Position numbers and translations under genes: made by a program
The notes under the pieces: generated by a model
The model's input: the letters and a program-made list of their open reading frames with translations, nothing else
Database searches by the model: none
What the model was told of the DNA's origin: nothing
NCBI GenBank assembly: GCA_964016885.1
Contig: OZ024744.1
Coordinates: 81,282,001-81,346,000, forward strand
DNA length: 64,000 nt
Origin: Eledone cirrhosa
Taxonomy: Eukaryota
Direction: 5' to 3'
In this document: in pieces, positions 52,172 through 64,000 of the stretch
Layout: each line of letters starts with the position of its first letter
How positions within the stretch are numbered: the first letter of the stretch is position 1

Positions 52172-55100
52172 CCTTGGGTCAACCCCAGCCTTGTGAGTGA
52201 AAAGTGAGTAGATAAAAATTGTTTGGAAACCCCTCAGGTCAACCCTAGCCTTGTGAGTAAAAGGTGGGTAGATGAAAACTGTTTGGAAACCCCTCAGGTG
52301 AACCCCAACCATGTGAGTGAAAATTGAGTAGGTTGAAGCTGTTGGAAACTCCTCAGGTGAACCCCAAGCTTGTGAGTGAAAAATGGGTAGATGGAAACTG
52401 TTTGGAAAGCCCTCAGGTCAACCCCGGCCTTGAGTGAAAAGGGAGTAGGTGGAAACTATTTGGATACCCCTCAGGTGAACCCCAGCCTTGTGAGTGAAAA
52501 GTGGGTAGATGGAAACTGTTAGAAAACCCCTCAAGTAAACCCCAGCCTTGTGAGTGAAAAGTGGGTAGATGGAAACTGTTAGAAAACCCCTCAAGTAAAC
52601 CCCAGCCTTGTGAGTGAAAAGTGAGTAGATGGAAACTGTTAGAAAACCCCTCAAGTAAACCCCAGCCTTGTGAGTGAAAAGTGGGTATATGGAAACTGTT
52701 AGAAAACCCCTCAGGTGAACCCCAGCCTTGTGAGTGAAAAGTGGGTATATGGAAACTGTTAGAAAACCGCTCAGGTGAACCCCAGCCTTGTGAGTGAAAA
52801 GTGGGTAGATGGAAACTGTTAGAAAACCCCTCAAGTAAACCCCAGCCTTGTGAGTGAAAAGTGGGTATATGGAAACTGTTAGAAAACCGCTCAGGTGAAC
52901 CCCAGCCTTGTGAGTGAAAAGTGGGTAGATGGAAACTGTTAGAAAACCCCTCAAGTAAACCCCAGCCTTGTGAGTGAAAAGTGGGTAGATGGAAACTGTT
53001 AGAAAACCCCTCAGGTAAACCCCAGCCTTGTGAGTGAAAAGTGGGTAGATGGAAACTGTTAGAAAACCCCTCAAGTAAACCCCAGCCTTGTGAGTGAAAA
53101 GTGGGTAGATGGAAACTGTTAGAAAACCCCTCAGGTGAACCCCAGCCTTGTGAGTGAAAAGTGGGTAGATGGAAACTGTTAGAAAACCCCTCAGGTGAAC
53201 CCCAGCCTTGTGAGTGAAAAGTGGGTATATGGAAACTGTTAGAAAACCCCTCAGGTGAACCCCAGCCTTGTGAGTGAAAAGTGGGTATATGGTAACTGTT
53301 AGAAAACCCATCAGATGAACCCCAGCCTTGTGAGTGAAAAGTGGGTAGATGGAAACTGTTAGAAAACCCCTCAAGTAAACCCCAGCCTTGTGAGTGAAAA
53401 GTGGGTAGATGGAAACTGTTAGAAAACCCCTCAAGTAAACCCCAGCCTTGTGAGTGAAAAGTGGGTATATGGAAACTGTTAGAAAACCCCTCAGGTGAAC
53501 CCCAGCCTTGTGAGTGAAAAGTGGGTAGATGGAAACTGTTAGAAAACCCCTCAGGTGAACCCCAGCCTTGTGAGTGAAAAGTGGGTATATGGAAACTGTT
53601 AGAAAACCCCTCAGGTGAACCCCAGCCTTGTGAGTGAAAAGTGGGTATATGGTAACTGTTAGAAAACCCATCAGATGAACCCCAGCCTTGTGAGTGAAAA
53701 GTGGGTAGATGGAAACTGTTAGAAAACCCCTCAAGTAAACCCCAGCCTTGTGAGTGAAAAGTGGGTAGATGGAAACTGTTAGAAAACCCCTCAAGTAAAC
53801 CCCAGCCTTGTGAGTGAAAAGTGAGTAGATGGAAACTGTTAGAAAACCCCTCAAGTAAACCCCAGCCTTGTGAGTGAAAAGTGGGTATATGGAAACTGTT
53901 AGAAAACCCCTCAGGTGAACCCCAGCCTTGTGAGTGAAAAGTGGGTATATGGAAACTGTTAGAAAACCGCTCAGGTGAACCCCAGCCTTGTGAGTGAAAA
54001 GTGGGTAGATGGAAACTGTTAGAAAACCCCTCAAGTAAACCCCAGCCTTGTGAGTGAAAAGTGGGTATATGGAAACTGTTAGAAAACCGCTCAGGTGAAC
54101 CCCAGCCTTGTGAGTGAAAAGTGGGTAGATGGAAACTGTTAGAAAACCCCTCAAGTAAACCCCAGCCTTGTGAGTGAAAAGTGGGTAGATGGAAACTGTT
54201 AGAAAACCCCTCAGGTAAACCCCAGCCTTGTGAGTGAAAAGTGGGTAGATGGAAACTGTTAGAAAACCCCTCAAGTAAACCCCAGCCTTGTGAGTGAAAA
54301 GTGGGTAGATGGAAACTGTTAGAAAACCCCTCAGGTGAACCCCAGCCTTGTGAGTGAAAAGTGGGTAGATGGAAACTGTTAGAAAACCCCTCAGGTGAAC
54401 CCCAGCCTTGTGAGTGAAAAGTGGGTATATGGAAACTGTTAGAAAACCCCTCAGGTGAACCCCAGCCTTGTGAGTGAAAAGTGGGTATATGGTAACTGTT
54501 AGAAAACCCATCAGATGAACCCCAGCCTTGTGAGTGAAAAGTGGGTAGATGGAAACTGTTAGAAAACCCCTCAAGTAAACCCCAGCCTTGTGAGTGAAAA
54601 GTGGGTAGATGGAAACTGTTAGAAAACCCCTCAAGTAAACCCCAGCCTTGTGAGTGAAAAGTGGGTATATGGAAACTGTTAGAAAACCCCTCAGGTGAAC
54701 CCCAGCCTTGTGAGTGAAAAGTGGGTAGATGGAAACTGTTAGAAAACCCCTCAGGTGAACCCCAGCCTTGTGAGTGAAAAGTGGGTATATGGAAACTGTT
54801 AGAAAACCCCTCAGGTGAACCCCAGCCTTGTGAGTGAAAAGTGGGTATATGGTAACTGTTAGAAAACCCATCAGATGAACCCCAGCCTTGTGAGTGAAAA
54901 GTGGGTAGATGGAAACTGTTAGAAAACCCCTCAAGTAAACCCCAGCCTTGTGAGTGAAAAGTGGGTAGATGGAAACTGTTAGAAAACCCCTCAAGTAAAC
55001 CCCAGCCTTGTGAGTGAAAAGTGGGTATATGGAAACTGTTAGAAAACCCCTCAGGTGAACCCCAGCCTTGTGAGTGAAAAGTGGGTAGATGGAAACTGTT

Positions 55101-56467
55101 AGAAAACCCCTCAAGTAAACCCCAGCCTTGTGAGTGAAAAGTGGGTAGATGGAAACTGTTAGAAAACCCCTCAAGTAAACCCCAGCCTTGTGAGTGAAAA
55201 GTGGGTAGATGGAAACTGTTAGAAAACCCCTCAAGTAAACCCCAGCCTTGTGAGTGAAAAGTGGGTAGATGGAAACTGTTAGAAAACCCCTCAGGTAAAC
55301 CCCAGCCTTGTGGGTGAAAAGTGGGTAGATGGAAACTGTTAGAAAACCCCTCAAGTAAACCCCAGCCTTGTGAGTGAAAAGTGGGTAGATGGAAACTGTT
55401 AGAAAACCCCTCAAGTAAACCCCAGCCTTGTGAGTGAAAAGTGGGTAGATGGAAACTGTTAGAAAACCCCTCAAGTAAACCCCAGCCTTGTGAGTGAAAA
55501 GTGGGTAGATGGAAACTGTTAGAAAACCCCTCAGGTGAACCCCAGCCTTGTGAGTGAAAAGTGGGTAGATGGAAACTGTTAGAAAACCCCTCAGGTAAAC
55601 CCCAGCCTTGTGAGTGAAAAGTGGGTATATGGAAACTGTTAGAAAACCCCTCAGGTGAACCCCAGCCTTGTGAGTGAAAAGTGGGTAGATGGAAACTGTT
55701 AGAAAACCCCTCAAGTAAACCCCAGCCTTCTGAGTGAAAAGTGGGTAGATGGAAACTGTTAGAAAACCCCTCAAGTAAACCCCAACCTTGTGAGTGAAAA
55801 GTGGATATATGGAAACTGTTAGAAAACCCCTCAGGTGAACCCCAGCCTTGTGAGTGAAAAGTGGGTAGATGGAAACTGTTAGAAAACCCCTCAAGTAAAC
55901 CCCAGCCTTGTGAGTGAAAAGTGGGTAGATGGAAACTGTTAGAAAACCCCTCAAGTAAACCCCAGCCTTGTGAGTGAAAAGTGAGTAGATGGAAACTGTT
56001 AGAAAACCCCTCAAGAAAACCCCAGCCTTGTGAGTGAAAAGTGGGTAGATGGAAACTGTTAGAAAACCCCTCAAGTAAACCCCAGCCTTGTGAGTGAAAA
56101 GTGGGTAGATGGAAACTTTTAGAAAACCCCTCAAGTAAACCCCAGCCTTGTGAGTGAAAAGTGGGTAGATGGAAACTGTTAGAAAACCCCTCAAGTAAAC
56201 CCCAGCCTTGTGAGTGAAAAGTGGGTAGATGGAAACTGTTAGAAAACCCCTCAAGTAAACCCCAGCCTTGTGAGTGTAAAGTGGGTAGATGGAAACTGTT
56301 AGAAAACCCCTCAAGTAAACCCCAGCCTTGTGAGTGAAAAGTGGGTAGATGGAAACTGTTAGAAAACCCCTCAAGTAAACCCCAGCCTTGTGAGTGAAAA
56401 GTGGGTAGATGGAAACTGTTAGAAAACCCCTCAGGTAAACCCCAGCCTTGTGGGTGAAAAGTGGGTA
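52172..56467. repeat. 60-bp tandem repeat (~71 units) derived from a family-1 SINE body
   Basis: Consensus cccagccttgtgagtgaaaagtgggtagatggaaactgttagaaaacccctca(a/g)gt(a/g)aac; in register with the 60-nt display lines; preceded by a SINE head (B-box ggttcaatct at ~52125). Confidence 0.97.
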
Positions 56468-56843
56468 TTTTAGGCAGTTATCTATGGTGCAACTTGTGGA
56501 CTCAACAACCTTTCTGTTTATTCCTACCTTCTAGTAATGCTTTATAATATCTAATTCATTATGTTGTTCTGAGTTCAATCCACACCATTATCAACTTTGG
56601 CATTTATATCCAGAGTAGATAAAATAAATACTGAGATTGATCTAATTAATTCTATTATTTACTACTTACCAACAAACTGACATTATGCTAATCAAATGGA
56701 ATTATATTTATTGCCAAATGCCATTGTGGTAATACTACAAATAAAATTGAATTTATGCTAGTCAGAATATTTATGCCTGTAAAATGGTTTCAATGTTAAT
56801 AATACTTTGGGAGAAATACATGACTATCACAATATACTATTAT

Positions 56844-56946
56844 GCCGAGGTTAACTTTGCCTTTCATCCTTACGGGGTCGATAAAATAAAGTACCAGTAA
56901 TGCTCTGGGTAATTTCTGGCCTTGTGCCAAACGTAGAAACAATTAT
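56844..56946 (+). mobile_element. 5'-truncated young family-2 SINE
   Basis: gccgaggttaactttgcctttcatccttacggggtcgataaaataaagtacc..gtagaaacaattat. Confidence 0.85.
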
Positions 56947-56990
56947 TTCAAGTAAGTTTGCCTTGAAACAGTGAGCGAAGTTTAAAATTT

Positions 56991-57198
56991 AGTAGAAATA
57001 GAAGCTTTCGCTGCATTTTAACCAAAGAAAATTTAGCCTGATAGTAGGGTTTAAAACCCTCTAAAAAATGGAAAAGGACGAGTATTGACTTCCATGTATG
57101 TCAATACTCATCCTTTTCCATTTTTTAGAGGGTTTTAAGCCCCACTATAAGGTTAAAATTTCTTGAGTCAAAATACGGCGAAAGCTTCTGTTTCTACT
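56991..57198. repeat. ~208-bp imperfect palindrome (fold-back element)
   Basis: Arms 56991-57089 and 57100-57198, centred on ..ttcCATGtat.. Confidence 0.85.
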
Positions 57199-57781
57199 AT
57201 ACTATTATTTAATACTCTATGAATTCATCTTTATGCCTTAACCCTTTTATTACCACATTTCTAATGAAATACAGTATTTTTAAATTAATCAAGAATTCGA
57301 AGGGATTTACTAATATAATTATTAACTTAAATAAGTTGGTGTTTTGAGGCATAACTTAAAAAAAGGTTCTTTACATAAAACTATGATGAAAAGTTTTCAC
57401 AAAAATATAAACACTCAAAAAATAAACAGCTTTGTATCATAGAACACGATGTAGTTCCAGGCGAATTATCAAAAAGATTACAAATTAAATTTTTGGGGGA
57501 AAGGGAAAGAGGGGTAGGTTAATAATCTCTTACAGAAGAAATTAAAAATGATGACGTAAGGTTTTTAGAAAAAGCAATGAAGAAACCAAGTTCAAAAGAA
57601 GCAGAATGGGAAGGAGGGGGGGGGGGGTAGTAGTAATTTTTCTGATTAATAATTAATATTTGATGGAAAGGCTTGGAATGAAGGGAGTTCCAAAATTGCA
57701 GAAAAATTTTGGATAAAATTTACAATAGAAAATTTAATGCATATGGAGAGCAAAAAAATGTGAGACATATAGGAAAAATAG

Positions 57782-57831
<50 letters not shown>

Positions 57832-59355
57832 ATGATGATGATATATATTTTCAAAGCTCCCTTCAGTCCTGATTGAGTTTGCAGTTTGCACCTAGAAAGT
57901 TCCACGCCAAAGATTTTTGTGTTGAACACCAGCATTTTTTGTTCACACACACAAGTCTCCCTTCTCCATGCCTCTGATGTTGGCAAAGTCAAAGGCCAAT
58001 CAATAGAGCTTGGCACTAGTGATGTCGGAGTCAAATTCAGAACAAAGAACCGAAAAAATATAGCAAAGCATCACATCCAATGTTCTAATAATTCAATCAA
58101 TCCAACACACTTTATGAACCTCAAAAAGATGAAAAGCAAAGTTGACTCTATTGGGATTTGAACTCAATCCCTTGAAGATTGAAACAAATACTGAAGAATT
58201 TTAATCCAATATTTGAATGACTCAAAACATATACATATATAGCTGTATGTTATTGTTGTTTCACCAACTTGAGAACTCAATGCATAGGTGGGTCTGTTGA
58301 AGTCTAGTACTTGGTGTACACATTACTTGGTGTACACATTTGGTGTTAAACTATGGCCGGTTTCCCTCATATGCAGAGTGTAATATTAAAATAAATTGGA
58401 ACGAAGTGTCAGAATATCATCATTGCGTTACAACTGAATGAACTAATGATGATACGTTTTATTTATATTTATATATATATATATAATCATTTAACATCTG
58501 CTTTCCCTGCTAGACTGAATTAGTACTGAAGAGGGGCTACTGACCTCCTAGACAGGCCTGGGGTCTGCATCACAATTACATATGGCCCTATGTTCTATTA
58601 AGTGAATTTTATGATTGCACCAGCATAAGAGAGGTTGTCATGTCTTTGACAGAACTGAAGGTCCTCTCAACCTTTTGTTTGACAATCTTTCTATGGCTGA
58701 TGCCCTTCACATCACTAACCACCTTGCAGCGCATACTGGGTGTGTTTATCGCGGGAGACTATTAGGACATATATGTGTGTGTAAAATGAGTTGATAATTA
58801 AACCATATAGAGGCAAAGAACATTTTAAAGGTCAATGTGATTTTATAATCTACAAGATAGGTAATCGATTATTTTAACAAAACAGTCATCAATCAAATAT
58901 TTAATTTAAATCCGTATTAATCCTTTTATATATATATGACCCTCTTCCTGCTATATCAAGTGTTAACCTAATATATCCCTTCCATATACTGTAACGATTG
59001 TGTTATATATATATATATATATATCATCATTTTCATCATTTCATTTTATGTCCGCTTTTCCCTGCTTGCAAGGGTGGGACGGGAACTGATTTTGGCTTGA
59101 TTTCTACAGCTGGATGCCCTTCCTAACACCAACCTCATTTACAGTGAGTGCTGGGTGCTTTTTTTTGCCGTGGCACCTCCACGACCACTTTGCAGTGGAA
59201 TGATAGGGACCCCAGTCCCTATCATCTCATTTCTACAGCTGAGTAAACTGGAGCAATGTGAAATAAAGTGTCTTGCTCAAGGAAACAACACATCACCCGG
59301 ACTGAGAATTGAACTCACAACCTTTCGATTGCAAGGCCAATGCTCTAACCACTAA

Positions 59356-59412
<57 letters not shown>

Positions 59413-59432
59413 CACACACACACACACACACA

Positions 59433-59925
59433 CTAGCCGAATTACCCGCGCCTTGCTGCGTTTAACACATTTCTTTTTGTAAGAAAATGATGATTGATTT
59501 TTAAATCAGTGATATAATTTATGGAGAAAAACTCTGCATTTCAATATTACTCAATGTAAAATGTAATGCATGAAAAATTGGAAAACATTTTTTGTAATAT
59601 ATCAAATCAAAATTATATTATTAAATCTTATTCTTATTTTGTTTCTTGTAAATAATTTTTTTCAAAATATCAATTCAAAACTTTTGTGAATAGGCATCAT
59701 ATCTTGTCATTTACCTATGGTTTAAATTTAATATAAATCAAAGGGAAACAATTTTCAGTGGGGGTTTGTGCCCCCGGGGAACCCTTTGATTAAAATGAAA
59801 TATACTTATCCAAATACCCTGGGCAATGTAGTTTCAGAATATATATGGTTATGGGGGGTCTATCTCCAAAACCATAGGAGTAGTTCGTGAACAAACAAAC
59901 AGACAGGAATACAATTTTATATACA
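59433..59925 (-). mobile_element. Non-autonomous Helitron-like element
   Basis: Minus-strand 3' end 'cgcagcaaggcgcgggtaattcgg-CTAG|T'; opposite end has an (acaa)/(acag) tract followed by tttatata, like the other Helitron 5' ends here. Confidence 0.6.
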
Positions 59926-60043
59926 TTAAATGTTGATTTACGAACGTTTTGTCCCCTTCTTGGGATTTGTCAAAATTAGTTATTTAAGATTAAAAACCTC
60001 ATTATAAACCTCACCAAACCAGCCAGCATAGAGAAATATATAT

Positions 60044-60121
60044 ATACCCAGAAAAAAGACAACCTCAACGGTTGAAATTCCAGCAAATTTCAACTGTTGA
60101 GGTTATCTTTTTTCCGGGTAT
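60044..60121. repeat. 36-bp-arm hairpin
   Basis: atacccagaaaaaagacaacctcaacggttgaaatt-ccagca-aatttcaactgttgaggttatcttttttccgggtat; 3 transition mismatches. Confidence 0.85.
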
Positions 60122-60346
60122 GTCAATATTTATTTATAAAACAAATCTGTATTTTATCTGGTGAAAGCGCACCATAATTTACCTTGGTTGCCCTTGAAAT
60201 ATATATAATAAAATAATTATGGTTTTATAAACATAGTTTCCATTTATTAATATATTGTATATTTACTCCACTAAACTGTTGAGTGCTTTATATAAGTTAT
60301 AAATTTTTTTAAGCTTGTTGAATCCCAACAAATTAAATATAACCTC

Positions 60347-60386
<40 letters not shown>

Positions 60387-60433
60387 TATATATATACACA
60401 TATATATACACACATATATATACACATATATAT

Positions 60434-60472
<39 letters not shown>

Positions 60473-60903
60473 TATATTAAGGCTAAAAAGTGAGTCTTGT
60501 TTATCACAGTTTCGCCTGTTTAACTCAGGGTTATCAGACAAATACTATATATATATATATATATATTGTATTTCAAGAGAATCATTTTACCAATTAAAAC
60601 ATTTACACACTGATTGTAGGTGACTTCTTTATTGTTACCTGTTAACTAATTTCTTAATCCGTTTGTCAAACATTTCTCCTCACACATCAATAATCAGTCA
60701 ATACCTAGCTGACTTTGTTTCTTCCTTTTTATGTTTACATTATAAAGTGTTGTATAGATATTGTCATCTGATATTTATATATTTATTTGTTATGCATGTA
60801 TGTGGTTTTTTTGCATGTATTCTTGTGTGTATGCATTTCTTTCTCTATTTTTTTTGTTGGTGATGGTGGTGTATTCTTGTGGTTTTGTGTGTGCATATGT
60901 GAA

Positions 60904-60977
60904 TGTGGTTTATGGGTATGTTCTTGTGGTTTATGGGTATGTTCTTGTGGTTTATGGGTATGTTCTTGTGGTTTATG
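60904..60977. repeat. 21-bp minisatellite, ~3.5 units
   Basis: (tgtggtttatgggtatgttct)n. Confidence 0.85.
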
Positions 60978-61439
60978 TATTTATATATACGGTGGTTGAA
61001 ATTAGTTGATTTTAATTTTATTTTATTACTGCATTGGTCATAGGTGGTGGTGGTAGTGGTGAGTATTGTTACTCCATCCATTCTTTCTATTAAGTGAATG
61101 TGAAGTTTGTGCGGAAATGATTTGAAGAAGTGGTGTGGTGTTTTACAATGTTGATAACAATGAACACAATGAGCTGAGAGTTAATATAAAACTGACTTGC
61201 AACAGCAAATACTTAAACACAAACTAAAGTTTTTTTCCCCAACCTCACCAGATCAGATCAGACCAGAAAAAGATAGACCACCTACTATTTACCTTGATGT
61301 AACAAAAAAGTCCCTCAGTGTTAGAAGAAATGGATTACACCTACAGCAAATTCCAAGGAACCATGCATGCTCAAAGAAGAAAGAGGGCTGAAACCATGCA
61401 AAGGTGTCAAATTAGGTAATTTTGGTTTTGTTTCACTCA

Positions 61440-61959
61440 CTTCCACTTGACATTTCCCATACTGTGTATATGTGTTAGCACTTCTGTACATAGCTAACAA
61501 GGCATTCATCGACCCTCTAGTTTCATTAGCGCCCACCAGATTAGAGTGTGGGACCTTCTCAAAGACTGTCATCAGGACAATGAGTGCTAGATACAGAAGC
61601 TTTCTTTTAGTTAAGTACTTCTCTTGCTATTGCCTCAACAGGAAGAGGTCATCAGGTGTCTCTTCCTGGTACAAAACCAAACTACATCATATTTAGACTA
61701 ATTCTGTTCCTAATCAGTTATATTAACTCTTTCAGTAACTTTCATAATTTGGTGGTTGTCCATCAATTTAATTGCTTCTGTAGTTTACTTTCTCTAGTAT
61801 ATATTTATTGATGGAGCAGTTGACAATGTTGTTGATATGCCAGTCACTGTATTATCTTACCCAATTTACTACACATGTGACCAGACATGCCAGGTATTTT
61901 CAACATATTAGTGATTATTCCTGATGTTCCAGTTGCTTTGCCAGACTTCATATATTCAA

Positions 61960-61960
<1 letters not shown>
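61440..61960 (-). mobile_element. Old RTE RT fragment
   Basis: Collinear with 5640-5960 (LFLLRQ*QEKYLTK..FEKVPH) plus upstream MKSGKATGTSGIITNMLK. Confidence 0.7.
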
Positions 61961-62017
<57 letters not shown>

Positions 62018-62467
62018 AGAGTAAATAAGAAATTCTAGCTGTGGAGCTATGTAAGTCCTGGCAATTTTGGCAGTTACAGATATGTGGCTGTTATTAGATA
62101 GAAAACATAAGAAATCAGGAGGCCAACCCATTTTGTAAAGCACAGCTGTGTGGTTAAGGAGTTCACAACCATGTGGTTGTGGGTTCAGTTCCACTATGTG
62201 GCATCTCGAGCAAGATGCCTTTACTATAGCCTCAGATTGTGAGTGAAATTTGGTAAACAGAAATCTGTCTAGAAGGGCAGAGGGAGAGAGGGGGGGGGGG
62301 GTTATTATTGGCTTATATTCCATAACTTACTAGTTTTAAAAAAATGGAGATTGATAAAATAAGTACCAGAGTTAAATAAAATACAATATGGTAATTAAAT
62401 TCCTTCAAGACAATGACAGGGTATGTAGTGATTGTACTGTGATAATTGAAAGATATTTTAAAGGTTC

Positions 62468-62607
<140 letters not shown>

Positions 62608-62836
62608 ACAAAGATTTCTAATTTAGGCTCAAGGCCAAAAAATTTGGGTCATGGGAAAGTCAATTGAATTGACCCCAGTGTGTAATTGGTACTTTATTTT
62701 ATTTGCCCCAAAAGGATGAAAGGCATAGTTGATCTTGACAGGATTTGAACTCAGAACATAAAATGCTGCAAAAATATTATCTTCAAGGCTTTACTGATTC
62801 TGCCAATCTTCTACCCTATTCAGGTTACTAAATAAT

Positions 62837-63225
62837 TGTTTCTACTTTTGGCTGAAGACCAGCAATTACCCCAGTGCATTACTGGTGCTTTATTTTATTG
62901 ACCCCCCATAAGGATGAAAGGTAAAGTTTACCTCGGCGGGATTTGAATTCAGAACATAAAAGGGCATAAGTCTATGGAAAACATGGTGTCTGATGGTCTA
63001 CCAATACTGCCAATCCACCACCCTAAGATTACTAAATAATTGTTTCTACTTTAGGCTGAAGACCAGCAATTACCCCAGTGCATTACTTGTGCTTTATTTT
63101 ATTGACCCCATAAGGATGAAAGGCAAAGTTAACCTCGGTGTAATTTGAACTCAGACTATAAAGGGATGTAACTATGCTGGAAAGCATGGCTTCCGACTCT
63201 CTACAGATACTGCCAATTCCCCGCC
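62837..63225 (-). mobile_element. Tandem dimer of family-2 SINEs (62837-63024 and 63041-63225)
   Basis: Three copies of the flank ttactaaataat at 62825-62836, 63029-63040 and 63230-63241. Confidence 0.85.
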
Positions 63226-63369
63226 AAGATTACTAAATAATGAACAACAGTATTGGCTGCATAGTGCTTGGGTGAGAATAATAGTAAATAGGTCTCACAA
63301 TGAGCCTTTCTTTCCATACATAATTATTATAGCTTTTGTTGTCTAGATGACCCAATAAACAATGGCAGT

Positions 63370-63900
63370 TGATGCTTTGAAAAAGTTCAGGGAGCTATTA
63401 CTTCTAGCAATAAAAGGATTGGTAGAATGGTGTTAGTATAAGTAATACAATGCTGCATGGTAGATAGACGTGAGCATTGAATGCGGAGGATGTGCAAAGG
63501 TTGGAAAGAAATGAAGTGAGCACACTTCACTGGATATGTACATTAATATGGGAGGATGACAAAGTACAGATAAGTTGATAGAAAAACTGAGGTATCAGGT
63601 ACAGTGTACAAGAAAAAAATAGTGCACTGGTATGTACATAAAATACATATGGCTGATGATGGTTGGGTAAAGATATGCCTTCCTAGAAAATCCTAGTGGA
63701 AGGAAGTTGTAGAAGAGAAAAATTAAAGAAATCATGGACAGAGGTGGTGAAAGCTAATCTGCTGTACTACAAAAGAAAAGTGAGAAAGAGGCACAATAGG
63801 ACGCTGTGATAGAGATGACATGTTCAACCAATGCAAGTATGGATAAACAAACATAAAATAATGATGGCGTTGACGATGAAGAGGAAAATGATGACAGTGC
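63370..63900 (+). mobile_element. Old RTE 3' fragment
   Basis: Degenerate MLHGR*T*ALNAEDVQRLERNE..HW..HWYV; ends 'caaccaatgcaagtatgga..(gat)'. Confidence 0.7.
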
Positions 63901-64000
63901 CAATGATGGTGCCGATGACGATACATCTAAAGCCCAATTTCAGCAGGATGTGGATAAGTGGTAGCAAGAGAATTCTGAGACATTATCATGAATTCAGAAA

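Noticed and set aside
52418-56374. 1318-aa ORF of 20-aa repeats (GFLTVSIYPLFTHKAGVYLR)
   Set aside because: Consequence of a stop-free 60-bp unit; the annotated start is a non-ATG codon inside the array, there is no unique N- or C-terminal domain, and it is antisense to a SINE-derived repeat.
52172-56467. CRISPR-like appearance of the regular array
   Set aside because: Units are contiguous with no unique spacers, there are no cas genes, and the context is eukaryotic.

Overview
AT-rich, repeat-dense animal DNA. The SINE, RTE and microsatellite landscape suggests an octopod cephalopod (inference, not verified). No host protein-coding gene can be supported; almost every long ORF in the track is a microsatellite or tandem-repeat artefact. 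The window contains: a decayed Tc1/mariner transposase with one TIR; many 5'-truncated RTE-clade LINEs; a ~2.45 kb R4/Dong-like RT-RLE retrotransposon between (CA)n tracts; several non-autonomous Helitrons plus RepHel fragments; TTAA-flanked (piggyBac-type), hAT and mariner MITEs; three tRNA-type SINE families; a ~4 kb compound (TA/CA) array; and a ~4.3 kb array of 60-bp units. The most notable observations are (1) an inverted pair of hammerhead-ribozyme motifs in a Penelope-like pLTR at 26.6 kb and a related half-hammerhead fold-back at 0.6 kb, (2) the 60-bp satellite, which grew out of a SINE body and has nested 2-, 6- and 20-unit higher-order repeats, and (3) young SINE insertions whose TSDs all end in ATAAT, with filled and empty sites both visible in the window.
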